A DNA stretch of 10,724 nt from positions 1 through 10,724 of the forward strand of contig JBHGNT010001239.1 in the NCBI GenBank assembly GCA_043228905.1. The letters are read 5' to 3'. The first letter of the stretch is position 1. Every line of letters starts with the position of its first letter. Below are positions 9,371-10,724 of the stretch, piece by piece. Source of the DNA: Azolla caroliniana. Lineage: Eukaryota; Plantae; Polypodiophyta. The translations under genes were made by a program, and so were the position numbers. The notes below the pieces were generated by a model. The model saw only the letters and a list, made by a program, of their open reading frames with translations, had not been told where the DNA came from and did no database searches.

Positions 9371-9893
9371 GAGTGAACTTCAGCCAAAGCAATAAATTTT
9401 CCCGATATAGCATTTCCATGTGAGCAATAAAGAGTTCCCTTCTTTTTTCCTTTCACAATTAGCCTTGAACCTTTTGTTATTTTCCATGATCCTCTCTCAA
9501 AGAGAATGCTATAACCATGCATATCCATTTACCCCATAGAAATCAAGCTCTTCTTGATCCCTGGTACATAACGCACATTATGCAAAACTAACTCATTAGT
9601 GCCATTTGTAGAAAAACGCACAGTGCCAATATCCTTAATGGAACATGCATGATTGTTTCCAAGGTATACACGGCCATGGCTGCCTGCAGTAAAAGTAAAA
9701 AAACACTCCTTGATAGGAGTCACATGAAATGAAGCACCAGAGTCAACTATCCATGTTTGGGCCAATGCATCATTGACAGTCAACTAAGCATCAATAATAT
9801 CATTCATAGTGATACACATGTCCTCTGAATGAATATTTAGAGAGGCATCATATGCGTAAGTATCATCAGCTGAAAAAGTAGCGCATAAAATGT
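9112..9893 (-). pseudogene. Copia protease, GAG-pre-integrase/HHCC region and start of the integrase core
   Basis: WIVDSGASFHVT..VYLGNN..IGTV..LHNVRYVPGIKKSLIS; LWHKRLGHMS..CNECQYGKQ; DLVHSDV..YFISFVD, with frameshifts. Confidence 0.93.
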
Positions 9894-10126
9894 AGCTATG
9901 GTAGAAAAGATAGAGAGAGAGAGCAGTAGTTGGAGGAACTCACCTTTGAAGTGAGATCCAAAAGTTTTTGACTTATGTTTTATATGACCCATTTAGGGTT
10001 GGCCAAGTTCACACTGAACTTGGCCCAAAAATAACGAAAAAGTGGTTAGTGACTTTTGGCCTTTATAAATAGGCCTATACACATGTACACACTATAAGGG
10101 GGTTATTTAGGGCCTTTACCCGAACA
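9894..10126 (-). repeat. Copia 5' LTR, missing its last 82 bp
   Basis: Matches 4791-5023 only; the equivalent of 4709-4790 is absent and the LTR abuts pre-protease sequence. Confidence 0.9.
10052..10075 (-). promoter_or_regulatory. Candidate LTR TATA box (minus CCTATTTATAAAGG); equivalent at about 4955-4972
   Basis: TATA-like motif identical in both LTRs, upstream of a (CT)6 tract on the minus strand. Confidence 0.4.
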
Positions 10127-10553
10127 CCACAAAGTAGCAAATCTTATGATATCATCATATAATGGTAGATATGGTGATTCAGCTGGAGGTGCAAACCTTG
10201 AGATGGCAGGTGGAAAGTAGCAATATATAGCTCCCTAAGATCCCCTCTTTTGATTTGTATCCACATGTAGCGTGCATCTACATCCTTATGGACAACATGC
10301 ACTCTATAATGGAGCTCCTTTTTGTATAGCACAGCCACTCCTCCCGAACCTCGAGTGTTTCCTAGTGTCCGAGGTTGGGGACGACATATGACTCCCATCT
10401 ATATCCTTGCACCTCAGGGAGTTTGCTAGCCATGCACTGGTGGGTCTCTGTATACATAGCAATATCTGTGTTTTTGAAGGTATCTTCAAAATATCCGACA
10501 TTTGTCTGTAGAGAGCCGTTCCATATAGTCATGCGTAGGGTCTCATAGGCCAT
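10127..10553 (-). pseudogene. LINE ORF2 N-terminus (APE endonuclease N-half)
   Basis: MAYETLRMTIWN..DIAMYTETH, then RGSGGVAVLYK..YMWIQI. Joins in frame across the TSD to DIILLRDFNART. Confidence 0.88.
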
Positions 10554-10559
10554 ATATCG

Positions 10560-10724
10560 TCATGTGGTTCTCTTCTTTGTAATAATGACCTTACCATCTC
10601 TATATACAGCCCATTTTTCTTCCTTTCTTGCATCAAGCACTCGTGGCATGTTTTCTTTGCGGTGTGCCACTTGGGCTGGAGTGAGATCGTCATCTAAGTA
10701 TATTTTCTCACCCTTGAATGCCTT
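10560..10724 (-). CDS. LINE ORF1 C-terminal fragment (runs off the window; probably pseudogenic)
   Basis: Own translation: KAFKGEKIYLDDDLTPAQVAHRKENMPRVLDARKEEKWAVYRDGKVIITKKRTT*. It resembles the 'KG..IY..DDLT' C-terminal domain of LINE ORF1 proteins and stops 6 nt before the ORF2 ATG. Confidence 0.7.
   Translation of the reverse strand, partial: KAFKGEKIYLDDDLTPAQVAHRKENMPRVLDARKEEKWAVYRDGKVIITKKRTT

Larger units (their letters stand above)
4709..10126 (-). mobile_element. Ty1/copia LTR retrotransposon, internally deleted and disrupted
   Basis: TG...CA termini, 5-bp TSD CCACA at 4704-4708 and 10127-10131, paired LTRs, and PR-IN-RT-RH domain order on the minus strand. Confidence 0.95.

Overview
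Eukaryotic, land-plant-like transposon nest; no intact host gene is supported. A degenerate non-LTR retrotransposon (LINE, RTE/RTE-X-like: ORF1 tail, APE endonuclease, RT, C-terminal Cys/His finger) lies on the minus strand from beyond 10724 down to about 1400. A 5.4-kb Ty1/copia element (4709-10126, minus, 5-bp TSD CCACA, LTRs about 96% identical) split its endonuclease domain. The copia was then disrupted four times: loss of the 3' part of the 5' LTR with PBS and gag; replacement of the integrase core by a ~1.5-kb LINE/copia patchwork that includes a ~340-bp near-perfect inverted repeat; an intact 499-bp hAT-type MITE with an 8-bp TSD; and a one-ended hAT-like fragment in place of the RT core. 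The most interesting signals are a canonical PCNA-binding PIP box in the LINE ORF2 C-terminal tail (in both LINE copies), the chimeric fold-back hairpin, and microhomology-joined, twin-priming-like LINE fragments. Bases 1-1400 are unassigned AT-rich DNA. All alignments and mismatch counts were done by eye.
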